A DNA stretch of 63,613 nucleotides, the filler included, from Octopus bimaculoides (taxonomy: Eukaryota), in assembly GCF_001194135.2 (NCBI RefSeq). It is 4 parts of 3 records of this genome, joined end to end, with 100 filler letters (N's around TTAATTAATTAA, not from the genome) between each part and the next. Parts side by side here need not be neighbours in the genome. Positions count along the whole stretch, not along the records: positions 33,313 to 50,949 come from NC_068985.1; positions 51,050 to 63,613 come from NC_068987.1; 2 more parts are not named here. One strand, 5' to 3'. The position numbers and the translations under genes were made by a program. The number at the start of each line of letters is the position of its first letter. Within the stretch, counting starts at the first letter, position 1. This document shows positions 49,564 to 61,561 of this stretch, piece by piece. The notes below the pieces were generated by a model. That model was not told where the DNA came from. It did not search any database and saw only the letters and a list, made by a program, of their open reading frames with translations.

Positions 49564-50289
49564 GGATATTTTTATGGGGTTAGTAAGAAATGATATATTT
49601 TGCGGAAGTCTTTCATTTGAATGCAAATAAAGTATAGTTTGCCTTTCAAATAGCTGAGATATTTTGAGTTAAAGTCAATCTTGGGGTTCATTTACTAACT
49701 TTTTGGCCACTTAAAGCTGCATAACTAAATTTGCCACATGTTGAATAGTAGTACTTATAGATGACCCACACAGTAAAAAGTACACGAAAATCATACCACC
49801 TACGTTTTAAACAGTCAATAATTATCTTTTTCATCTTCACTTGCAAAACAAGAGAGTAGAATTCAAATTTGTGTCTTTTATACAGCAATCCTTTTATGCA
49901 TGTTGTGCTGTATCTCATCCTGTTGTTTTTTTTTTGTAAGATATTTGTCTTTACTTCATTAATTTCTTGGGTCTGTTTTTATTTTGATTTTTTGTAACAT
50001 ATTCACCTCCAGTTCGTTAATTTCCCAGGTCAGTTGAAATTTACTTTCTGGCAGTCAACTGTTGTCACTGTTCAGTGAGAACACTTGTTCTTTTAGTTTC
50101 CCTGTTTTATTTCATTAAAAGATCTAAATTCTGTTTCAAGCTTTTTCTTATCATGTTCCTGAAACTGCTATGTATGCTTTTCTTTGACTTTGTGGAAAGA
50201 TTTAGTCTCCTCTACAAAGTTTTGTTGAACATCTTGCAATTCTGACTCAACATTTCTTTTATCTTGCATTGACTGCTTTTTCAGAATGT

Positions 50290-50674
50290 TCTATTTCTTT
50301 ACGCTGTGCTGGCACCATCTTCCGAGCTGGTTGCTCAATTGGGTGATGATCTCCTGTGTCAATATGGTGCTTCACACTACATTGGAGCAGTAGTTCTGAT
50401 TTCATTGGGATCACTGTCGTCCATAACACTTTCAATTCACCACCAGCAATAGTCTATTTTACCACCTTGACAGGGACTAATCTTCCTTTCACTCAAAGCT
50501 CCATGGAGCAGAAGTCCAGTTGACACACCATAGACGGCAAGTAGTCCAGACCTAAGAGACAAGGATACTCCATCTCCGTCACATAGACTGGAAGCATGAC
50601 CTTTTGTCCTGAAACTTCGGTCAGTACACCAACTGGTCCTCTCAATTCAGTACAGTGCCTGGTAACACCACACA
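50290..50674 (-). mobile_element. Gypsy/Ty3 pol fragment (protease C-terminal half to RT start)
   Basis: VTRHCTELRGPV...LPVYVTEMEYPCLLGLDYL, then TGDHHPIEQPARKMVPAQRKEIE. Confidence 0.75.
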
Positions 50675-50679
50675 ACTGC

Positions 50680-50944
50680 TGTTATATGGACTGTTAGATA
50701 TGTTATTCGTCTGACGTTCCGTGTGTCATGTGGTTCGTCTGAGTTCATTGTTTCATTGTTGTTGTCTTGTGGGACTGTCGTAGTAAAATGTCATTGATAT
50801 ATATATGGCGGACATGACTTTTGTTTATTCATAACGAACATTGGGTGAGTGCGTTCTTTGTATGTAATTGAACAATAAATGTAATAATTAAATTGTATAA
50901 CTCGTTATGTTATCTCTGCGAGTCAGTCCGAGGGAAACATAACA
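50680..50944 (+). mobile_element. Solo LTR, 265 bp
   Basis: TGTTAT...ATAACA terminal inverted repeat, internal AATAAA and a perfect 5-bp TSD ACTGC (50675-50679 and 50945-50949). Confidence 0.88.
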
Positions 50945-51049
50945 ACTGCNNNNNNNNNNNNNNNNNNNNNNNNNNNNNNNNNNNNNNNNNNNNTTAATTA
51001 ATTAANNNNNNNNNNNNNNNNNNNNNNNNNNNNNNNNNNNNNNNNNNNN

Positions 51050-51212
51050 CATATATACGACGGGCTTCTTTCAGTTTCCGTCTACCAAATCCACTCACGA
51101 GGCTTTGGTCGGCCCGAGGCTATAGTAGAAGCCACTTGCCCAAGATGCCATGCAGTGGGGCTGAACCCGGAACCATGTGGTTGGTAAGCAAGCTACTTAC
51201 CACACAGCCACT
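51050..51212 (-). mobile_element. SINE family B head
   Basis: Near-consensus reverse complement (gtggctgtgtggtaagtagcttgcttaccaaccacatggttccgggttcag). Confidence 0.92.
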
Positions 51213-51474
51213 CACATACATACATACATACATACATACATACATACATGCATGCATGCATGCATGCATGCATACATACATACATACATACATACATTCA
51301 TACATACATACATACATACATACGTGCGTGTATGTATGAGAGTCTGCGTTTCTGTGAGTGGATAAGAGTAATACTTTACGTATTCCTAACATTTTTTAAA
51401 TAGTTATTTACACTTTTTAGTCAGTCTGTGTGCATATGGAAGCGTGTATATATATGTGTGTGTGTGTATATATA

Positions 51475-51860
51475 GGTGCAGGCATAACTGTGGGATCTAA
51501 GGTGCTCGTTTTGGTTTCAGATTCAGCCTTAGTGTGCGGCTCCTTGGGCAAGTGTCTTCTACTACAGCCGCTTGGGCCCGCTAATGGCCACATCAGCGAA
51601 TTTGGTAGACAGAAACTGTGACATATACATATGTGCGTGTGTGTTTGTATGTGTCTTTGTGTCTGTCTGCCACCGACGCTTGACAACTACTGTTGGTTTG
51701 TTTACATCCCCGTTACTTAGCGGTTCAGCAAACGTGACAGTTTGGATAAGTACCAGGCTTTGAAATTTATGTCTTGGGGTCGAATTATTCGTCTAGAACT
51801 TTTAAGGCGGTCCCTCAGTATGGCCGCAGTCTAATGACTAAATGATGTAACAGAAAATAC
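51475..51860 (+). mobile_element. SINE family B, older copy
   Basis: Head, ttggtagacagaaactg, body and tail cagtatggccgcagtctaatgact. Confidence 0.8.
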
Positions 51861-51929
51861 ACATCCACAAAGATGTACAAGTATTTATACCTATATATGC
51901 ACATCTATCTATCTATCTAGCTAGCTAGC

Positions 51930-51961
<32 letters not shown>

Positions 51962-52072
51962 NNNNNNNNNNNNNNNNNNNNNNNNNNNNNNNNNNNNNNN
52001 NNNNNNNNNNNNNNNNNNNNNNNNNNNNNNNNNNNNNNNNNNNNNNNNNNNNNNNNNNNNNNNNNNNNNNNN

Positions 52073-52105
<33 letters not shown>

Positions 52106-53132
52106 TATGTATACAAATTTAATGCACCATATATGGATTTATATAATCCGCTGGTAATCACAAAGAGGTCCTTTACCAGACCAAGCTACGAACCACATAG
52201 TAAACTAATACGTAGGAGTGTAATGTAGAGTCTTATGCAGTTGAAATCCAGTAAATCCAATCAGTGAAGATTATTTCATGAGATTATTTATAAAATGTAA
52301 AGAAAGACTGGAAGTATGAGATGAATATATTTATTTCACCAGTTTATTTCCATAGGATATATTCTGTTGATCTGATGAGCTAGGCTTGTATACCTGCATC
52401 AGTTTGTAAGCAATTTATAACATATATACTAGTGCAGACATGTAGCATAATTTATTAGACTTTAAAATAAATTATTTTTGAATGATGTTGGCTGTGAAAC
52501 GGTCGTTATCGTGTCAATGTCAACTGGTGAAATATGTTGATTTCATACCTCCTGACTTTCTTTATATTATATTGAATTATGTTATATTATATTATATATT
52601 ATATTATATTATGTTATATTATATTATATTGTGCGTGTGTGCACGTGTGTTTATGTGCATGCTTGTGTGTGTATGTGTGTATGCATGTGTTTTGCCTGTG
52701 TGTATGCTGTGTGTGTGTGTGTGTGCGCGCACAAAATAAACTGTCAGTGTGTATAAACTGTCAGTAAGTATAAATCGTCAGTGAGTATAATAAATCATCG
52801 AACAACAAGAATCAAAGCGGTGAATTGCACATTCATTCTTAATATGTTCAGGTAGATGCGAACGTGAATACACAAATTACAGCTGTGTTTCTTTACAGGA
52901 GAAGAACGTTAAAAACTTCTCCCTCCCGACGAATGTGTATTCATCACACGTTCGATTCAATTCATTTGCGTAAGGACCACTGGAGACAGCCGGCGTTTCT
53001 ACATCATTCTATTTCGTCAACTAGATGCATTCAGGAATTCACGGACTAATCGTTTTGATTCTCGCTGTTCACCGTGGTGAATGCACTAAAAATAGATAGC
53101 TACAAGAGACTAGCCAATGATATCATGACCAC

Positions 53133-53262
53133 ATAAAAATATGCAAGAATCACAGAAGTAATGTGTTCGTAATCAACGACAATGAAGAATATATAGCAAA
53201 AATCGATAATTTACTTGAAGATCAGAAAACGTCGAGAAATTTAAACTAGAACCTAGAGAACA
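53133..53262 (+). mobile_element. Penelope-like RT N-terminal remnant
   Basis: IKICKNHRSNVFVINDNEEYIAKIDNLLEDQKT resembles the Penelope IxxADKGNxxVIxDxxxYxxKxxxLLxD pattern. Confidence 0.5.
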
Positions 53263-53391
53263 ACGCAGAACTAAAATTCAATATGCAAAACAATACTAAT
53301 ACAACTCCATTTTTTTATGTAAGTATTCAGATTACATTTACACATTATTTCAATATACACCACAAACACAGCCAAGTGTAAATAACATATA

Positions 53392-53720
53392 GGCGCAGGA
53401 GTGGCCGTGTGGTAAGTAGCATGCTTACCAACCACATGGTTCTGTTCTGGGTTCAGTCCCACTGCGTGGCACCTTGAGCAAGTGTCTTCTACTATAGCCT
53501 CGGGCCGACCAAAGCTTTGTGAGTGGATTTAGTAGACGGAAACTGAAAGAAGCCCATCGTATATATATATGTATATATATATATATATGTTTGTGTGTCT
53601 GTGTTTGTCCCCCCACCATCGCTTGACAACCGAGGCTGGTGTGTTTACGTCCCCGTAACTTAACGGTTCGGCAAAAAGGGACCGATAGAATAAGTACTAG
53701 GCTTACAAAGAATAAGTCCT
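53392..53720 (+). mobile_element. SINE family B, young copy truncated by a gap
   Basis: ggcgcaggagtggccgtgtggtaagtagc...aagaataagtcct. Confidence 0.93.
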
Positions 53721-54145
53721 NNNNNNNNNNNNNNNNNNNNNNNNNNNNNNNNNNNNNNNNNNNNNNNNNNNNNNNNNNNNNNNNNNNNNNNNNNNNNNNN
53801 NNNNNNNNNNNNNNNNNNNNNNNNNNNNNNNNNNNNNNNNNNNNNNNNNNNNNNNNNNNNNNNNNNNNNNNNNNNNNNNNNNNNNNNNNNNNNNNNNNNN
53901 NNNNNNNNNNNNNNNNNNNNNNNNNNNNNNNNNNNNNNNNNNNNNNNNNNNNNNNNNNNNNNNNNNNNNNNNNNNNNNNNNNNNNNNNNNNNNNNNNNNN
54001 NNNNNNNNNNNNNNNNNNNNNNNNNNNNNNNNNNNNNNNNNNNNNNNNNNNNNNNNNNNNNNNNNNNNNNNNNNNNNNNNNNNNNNNNNNNNNNNNNNNN
54101 NNNNNNNNNNNNNNNNNNNNNNNNNNNNNNNNNNNNNNNNNNNNN

Positions 54146-54215
<70 letters not shown>

Positions 54216-54499
54216 GCGTACGTGCGTCTGCGAACGTATATGTGTATGAGCTTTTTGTTTTCTTTGTCTTGCTTGTGTCGATTTGTGGTAATGTCTTTAG
54301 CAAAATGTGAAAATTATCATTGTCTATATAAAATACAAAAATCTGCAAACTGCATGAAACCCGTACATGGAGGTTAACGAACCATTCGCACACACTCTCC
54401 CAGCCATTTATATGCCTGCGTAGTCTACGCGTGGTCTATTGTTCAGATTTCAGCTCGTTAGCTGACTATAATTTTCTTCAGAAAATCTCTTCGCTAACC

Positions 54500-55110
54500 A
54501 ATCTGTTCATTTGATCTCAGTGTCATTTACTGTTGTTATCTCATTCATAATCCTGTCGATTAGTAGTAAAAGTATGATTGGTGACAGTAGGCAACCTTGC
54601 CATGCACCAGTTTGAACTGTGAAAGGGTCGGTTTGTTTGCCATTGTGGATGACCTGAGTAGTAGTCTCATCAAAGAAATTGTTGGATGCTGATGTTTTCG
54701 GTGGAATACTATGATGCTGCATCAACCTCCACATTGCTCCCCTGTCCACACTGTCGTAGGCATTCTCGAAATCAATAAAGACAGTTAAAAGCGGGCTCTG
54801 CCACTCGATGGATTTCTCAATGTTGATGCGCAAGATGGCTATATGGTCTGTGCAGAACTTTTCTTGGAGGAATCATGCTTGCTCAGACCTCAAATTATCA
54901 TCCACCGCTGTCTTTAAACTCTCCAGTATAACTCTGGTCAGCACCTTACTGGGGACAGACAGTAGCATGACTCCCTGCAAGATGTTACAGATGGTCAAGT
55001 CACCTTTTTTAGGTAGCTTAAACACGTAACCCTTTTTTCCATTCCAAAGAAATTTGTTCCTGATGCTTTTTGCAGTAAAGGATGCAACGTACCAGCGACT
55101 GTCCTTCTAT
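54500..55110 (-). mobile_element. RTE-clade LINE RT fragment (SR2-like subgroup)
   Basis: KKGDLTICN..SVPSKVLTRVILERL..IEWQSPLLTVFIDFENAYDSVDR..QGCLLSP. Confidence 0.85.
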
Positions 55111-55139
55111 CGACCCTGAGCGTCCCTGCAGGGATCGCG

Positions 55140-55545
55140 CCTAAAGACTTTTACAAGGTAACGATAAAACAGAGGACCGCATCAGAGTAGGCACACAACG
55201 CCGTCACAAAAGTCTCAGATACAGCAGAGCATGAACTGCTTTTCCACTGTTTGCAACAACTTTGGCCTCACAATCAGTATTCAGAAGACAAAGGTCATAC
55301 ACCAACCTGCCTAGCAGAAGCAGTATATGAAACCAACTATCACTATCGCAGGGGATACCCTGAAGGTTGTCGATATGTTCATGTACCTCTTCAGCGCAAT
55401 CTTCAGATTTATAAACATTGACAATGAAGTCGACATACACATTGCAAAGGGAAGCGTCGCATTCTGGCAGCTACGTGAATCAGTGTGGAAGAGAGGAAGC
55501 ATTAGACTGGCCACCTAGTTGAGGGTGTACCAAGCAGTTGTACAT
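55140..55545 (+). mobile_element. RTE-clade LINE fragment (BovB-like subgroup)
   Basis: QQSMNCFSTVCNNFGLTISIQKTKVIHQPA..LKVVDMFMYL..IDNEVDIHIAKGSVAFWQLRESVW..RVYQAVV. Confidence 0.85.
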
Positions 55546-57799
55546 TACTGTATTCCTGCTATTATTAGAAATATTGGTGGAACATTCCTATCAAAACTTC
55601 TACTAAATGCAAACATAACAGACCTAACATAGTTATATTTGGGGTAGAAAAGGAGAGCCATGTACCGTCATAGTGGTAAATTATTCTGCAGATGTGAAAA
55701 TTTCTTCCAAATTCAGCGACAAGAATATCGATTAACAACTGCTGCGAAACTTGTACCTCCTCTACCTTGACTATAAATTTACATTTATACTTATGATCAT
55801 TGGTACACTTGTTTATGTTAATAAATGTTTAAACCACAATCTAGAGAAGCTAGAATTTCCAAACAGAGACAAACACCAGCCATCACAAACTTTACAGATT
55901 ACAAAGGAATGCTGGAAGGCCCTTGGCTTTAAGGATATTGTGAAAGGCCTGGCTGGGGGTCCAACTTTCTGAGTTCTATTACAGGATTTAGAAAAACTGA
56001 AGGCCCGCTGCAATAAGTGTATGAATCTGAGAGAGGAATATTTTGAATAAAATCATAATTAACTGATCCTCCTTGTATTTTCTTTTACCCAAAGACAGGA
56101 AATTTTCAGCACCCCCTCACACATCTATAATTGGAATAGTAAAAGTATGCAAAACTTTCTTGAAGTTCGATATGTTACAAATGTCGATGTTGTTATCTAA
56201 ACTCTATTGATGGAGATTTTGTTTCTTTGTTAGAAACCAGCTTCTTCATTTTAGAAGGAATATAAATAAAAAGTAAAANNNNNNNNNNACCTACCTATCT
56301 ACCTACCTACCTACCTACCTGCTTATATACATACATACATACATACATACATACATACATACATACATTAAATTACATACATACGTACGTACATACAATA
56401 TATTCATGAATTCGAAACGGATTCACAGCGTTACTTCGCTAAGCTTCGCCCAAATGACATCAGGGTGAATTTCCTCGATAATTTGACTCTCTCTCTCTCT
56501 GTGGCGACGACAATGAAGTAAATTCTTAACATCGAACGATATATTCATTACATATTTTGGGGAATTTTTCTTCATTTTTATACACCAAAGCATGAATACA
56601 TGCACACACACACAACATTTACATCAAAATCATAACATTTACATCTTAACTATACAAACTTACTGTTTTTAGTCAACTAGAGTACTGTCCCTTGAATTTA
56701 AATTTGCTCGAAGGGAAACAAGCTAGTCCTGTTCATCAGTGTCAGTTTTGCCATAAAATATGGAGTTCCGAAAGTTAAGTGATGTTTTTATAAGATTACA
56801 TATACTTCTATTTTGTACCATAACAAAATGGTATTCACCATTTCAAAAGTAATGTCATGTTTTTTTTTTATTTCTTCGCTTTCTACGTGAATAAAATTCA
56901 ATATCTTATTTATTTATTTATTTTTTCAGTTACTCTGTTTTTAACTTTTGAGTGATGAGTCTTATCCGCAAAATATAGACATTGATTTTGTGATATTTGG
57001 AAAATCGTGTAAGGGTTCTATGTCAAAGTAAGTTTGGAAACTAATGACGTCAGTCATTAATGAGCTAAATCCGTAATATGGAAAGGTATTTGAACCAAGG
57101 GAAAATACTCTAGTATTGAACAAGGGAGACAATTTGCAATTGCTATTAACTTCTAATGTAATTGATTTTTAATATACGTACAAGGCCTAAAACGTTGGAG
57201 GGGTGCTAATCAATAAAATCGTCTGCGTTATTTGACTGATAATTTTTCTTATGGGTTCCTGACAAATAAAAGACAAAGTTGATCACGGCAAGATTTGTAT
57301 TCTGATCCTAAACAAATGGGGGCATGCAGCAAGGCATTCTTGTCTCAACCTCCTGACGGACCCGCCAGTCAAATATTATTACTTATTTCTTATAAAATCA
57401 TATAGTTTGATTGTGACAAAAAAAAAGTATTATGTGGACCATTAACGTTAAGGAATTGCATTGATGTTTTTGCCCTGTTAAGTACACTTTCGTATATCAA
57501 GTATGTATTTAAAATTTCTCATATCATATCTTTATATAAGATCTGCACTGATTACAGTATCTAAGTTGATAAACTCTAGTTTAGCCCTCAATGGAACCGA
57601 CTGATGATCAAAAGTATGCAGGCCATGACTGTTCTGTCATTTTGAAAGACGTGTGGATGCGATAAGAAACTTTGGCTGCTTATTCTAAGCTGGCAGAGCA
57701 CCGGCTTAGAGCTTTCTTCGTATCTGAGTAGAGGCATAAGGTAGAGAGTAAAATTGAAACCTTTGATTGCTGATAGAATATTTACACTTTCAGGGTCAC

Positions 57800-58078
<279 letters not shown>

Positions 58079-58524
58079 CGATGCATGTGATTTCAGTTAT
58101 GTTCTTCCAGAATGGTATTTTTCTAATCTATTAGAAGCAGTAATAGCTTATTGTTTCGTTTAATCTCTTATCAAAATTTAGATGGCAGGGATTATCGGCA
58201 AAGGATAGGTATGGATTTTGCGACTTTTAGAAAATCAGATAAAAGATTCATAAAATAAAGTTCAAGGAAGATTTAGTAACCTTTAATTAAGATTAAGTAA
58301 CCTTTAATTAGCCTCGTTTTGTGTCAACAGCTAAAGCACTCAAATCCCAATTATTTCTATATACCAGCCAATGAGGGACCCACTACATGGTTCTTCCACT
58401 TACTTAAGATAACAGACAAATCTCCCTCAAATCAGACACTGATTTCTTAGAAAGAAATGGTGCATTGGATAGTGTAGGTCATAGTTTATATACTATGTTT
58501 TAAAAAGATTGTACAATAGTCTTT

Positions 58525-58875
58525 CTGAATGCGTATGGTTCAGTGGTTAGAGCGTCGGGCTCACAATCATGAGGTAGTGAATCCGATTCTCCGACAGGGC
58601 TGTGTGTTGTATTGTGTTCATGAGCAAGACACTTTATTTCATGTTGCTCCAGTCCACTCAGCTGTAGAAATTAGTTCTGACGTCACTGGTGCCAAGCTAT
58701 ATCGGCCTTTGCCATTCCCTTGGAGAACATTGGTGGTGTGGAGAGTGGCGGTTGGTACGCATGGGCGACAGCTGGTCTTCCATAAACAACCATGCTCGCA
58801 CTTGTACATCGGAGGGGAACTTTCAAGGTGCAATTCCATGGTCATTCATAACCAAAGGGGGTCTATCCTTTTTTT
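58525..58875 (+). mobile_element. SINE family E, full length
   Basis: A box TGGTTCAGTGG and tgagcaagacactttatttc; 12-bp TSD acaatagtcttt (58513-58524 and 58876-58887). Confidence 0.9.
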
Positions 58876-58887
58876 ACAATAGTCTTT

Positions 58888-59119
58888 AGGATTAAGGCGG
58901 CTGTCTGTCAGAATCGTTAGCGCCCCGGACAAAATGTTAAGTGACATTTCATCTGGTTCTTTAATTGCTGAGTTCAAATACTACCGAGGTTTACTTCGCC
59001 TTTTATCTTATCCTTTCGGTGTTGACAAAATAAAGTATTAACCAAGTACAAGCGTCAATGTAATCGAATAACCTTCTCCCCACTATTATTGCTGGCCTTG
59101 TGTCAAAACTTGAAACAAT
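58888..59119 (+). mobile_element. SINE family A
   Basis: Family A head and core; flanked by aatagtcttt (58878-58887 and 59120-59129). Confidence 0.88.
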
Positions 59120-59274
59120 AATAGTCTTTATGATGTTTTTGAGCTTAGCTCTGCTTAATCAGAGCTGATCTCGTAATAAACAACAATGGCCATAATGAAA
59201 ACCATTTATATAACCGTGATGTCATTCCTTGCAGTACAGCTGTAAGGAATGACAACACGGTGTAGTGAACAATT

Positions 59275-60343
59275 TGTAGTGAAACTACCTATCGCCATTA
59301 TATACAAACAAACCATCTTCTCACTATTATATATAAACAAGCGCGGGCGTAGTAGAAAACATCTTTCCCTGTCATCACGTGACTGATTATTATTTGAAGC
59401 GGCAACTGCTTCGTACCGTTCCCGCCAGAACGCAAACTGACCAACCGTGGCCCCTAATAAGGTCACGTGATAGAGTATTTTTCTGATGCCTTTAGGAGCC
59501 TACCATCAACTATAAATAGCCTAAATTCAGCGGCAAAATTCGTCTCGGTCCAGTTCTCTTAGAGACTGTTCCGTGTACCACACAGATCAGCAGCAGCAAT
59601 TCCAGCGACTACATCAACACGACTGTACGACTACTACTACCAGCATCGTCGCTGCCAGTCAACACGACACTACGAACTACAAGATTCGCCACGGACGTCG
59701 CCAATATCATCAACATGATTTCTACGTACACCAACTAACCAAACTACCGCGGCACATCTCTCTTCGATTCTGTTTGGTGATTCACCTTCACCACGATAAA
59801 TAACAGACAGGAACCTAGCCTGCGACGAACAACTTTATACAAGAATCCGGCCCGGCATGGAAGCCCAAACATCACGAGTGATCGCCCTGCCACACACATG
59901 CCTCAACTTCTTACATACAGACTCTTCCTATTGTGTACTCAACAAACCGGCAAATGCTCACACGTGTTACTGACTCTTTCTATCTGCTGTATCTCACGCA
60001 TTCACATACATTTGTGCACACAGTCTTTTGTATACACACTATTCTATTTACATGACGGCCTGTCTTTTATTATGTTTTCATTATGTCGCGTTCACACTCA
60101 CACACAGACATACATTTTAATGTCACAATAAATATTTCTGTTATTCGTCTCTATCGGTTGTGTTATATCGTCTTCCTTTACTGGCCATTTACGAAATCAC
60201 TATGTTATCGAAGTATAACATATTTATATATCATCTTTGATATAATTTTTGTGTTCGACCGTGTGACACGTTTAAATAAAAGGAGTCTTGTTTTTCCATT
60301 CGTCACCATTTCTCCTTTTGGGGTTCGCACGGTCGTTCTTACA
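59275..60343 (+). mobile_element. Solo LTR (LTR-B family), 1069 bp
   Basis: TGTAGTG...CTTACA termini, two GTCACGTGA, TATAAATAG, AATAAA and a 4-bp TSD AATT (59271-59274 and 60344-60347), consistent with Gypsy-type integration. Confidence 0.9.
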
Positions 60344-60633
60344 AATTCTTACGTAAGCTTGCAGTGCAAAGTTTCTGTTAAATGTTTGGTAGTTCGGAAG
60401 TTAAATGGAAAATGCCCTTACTTTAAATCTAAAATAAGAATCAAGAAGGAGAGAAAGGAGGTAGTGAGAAAGAAAGGGAGAGTGAAGTCTGAGAATCGAG
60501 ATAAACAAGGGTCTTTATATATGAGACCGTGTTCAAACTTCTTAAAGGATTATTTTCTCATTTCTGATGAGAGAATATAACTTAGAATTAGTGACTATAT
60601 ATGCTAATCTTTCATTATTATATGTGTATAGAA

Positions 60634-60832
60634 GACGGCAAGCTGGCAAAATCGCTAGCACGCCGGGCGAAATGCTTAGCGGTATTTCGTCTGCCTTTAC
60701 GTTCTGAACTCAAATACCGCCGAGATCGACTTTACCTTTCATCCTTTCAGGGTCGATAAATTAAGTACCAGTGCAATCGACTATTCTCCCACCCCACCCC
60801 AAATTTCAAGCCTTGTTCTTATAGTAGAAAGA
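60634..60832 (+). mobile_element. SINE family A, tandem copy 1
   Basis: Full head and core. Confidence 0.9.
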
Positions 60833-60849
60833 ATTATATGTGTACAGAA

Positions 60850-61037
60850 GGCGGCGAGCTGGCTGAATCGTTAGCACGCCGGGTGAAATGCTCTGAGCTC
60901 AAATTCCACTGAGGTAAACTTTGCCTTTCATCCTTTCGGGGTCGATAAATTAAGTACCAGTGAAACACTGGGGTCGATGTAATCGACTAGTCCCTTCTCC
61001 ACAAATTTAAGGCCTTCTGCCTATAGTAGAAAGGATA
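60850..61037 (+). mobile_element. SINE family A, tandem copy 2 (internal deletion)
   Basis: Head and core lacking a ~30-bp segment present in copy 1. Confidence 0.9.
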
Positions 61038-61073
61038 ATTATGTGTGTATAGAATTTTTTCAAAATCACTGTT

Positions 61074-61561
61074 CAGTGATCACTCACCATATCGCAGTTC
61101 ACCTATCGCGCCCTCAGTACATCACTGATTTTTCTGGCTAATATTTGTAAATTTATGTCGCGGACTCCTCAGTATATCGCGGGTTTCTGAGGCCGATAAG
61201 TATTTATTTATTTTTATTATTTTAATTATTTCTGTGGTAAAATAAGCATTTTCACGCCTAAAAATGAATAAGTAAAAATACAGTACAGTACGGCACAGTA
61301 TAACACAATAATTAAAATATATTAAAAGACAATATGTAGTGTACCGTAGATGAGTAAACAAAGAATTGCAAATACTGTATGGAAAACGAAACTCGGGAGG
61401 CGAGTGTGTGGCATTGTTTTGCATTTATAATAAAATAAATATATATAAATTATAAAAATAATTTTAAAAAATATGCAGTACAATACTGTTTCTACTTCGC
61501 GAATTTTCAACTATCGCGGGGTATTTGGAATGAAATACCCACGATAGTTGAGGGATTACTG
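61074..61561. mobile_element. Tigger/pogo-like MITE
   Basis: Left end cagtgatcactcaccatatcgcag; the right end reverse-complements to cagtaatccctcaactatcgtggg. Confidence 0.75.

Noticed and set aside
54500-55545. Twin-priming 5' inversion of a single RTE element
   Set aside because: The geometry fits, but the minus piece looks SR2-like and the plus piece BovB-like, so two independent fragments are more likely.
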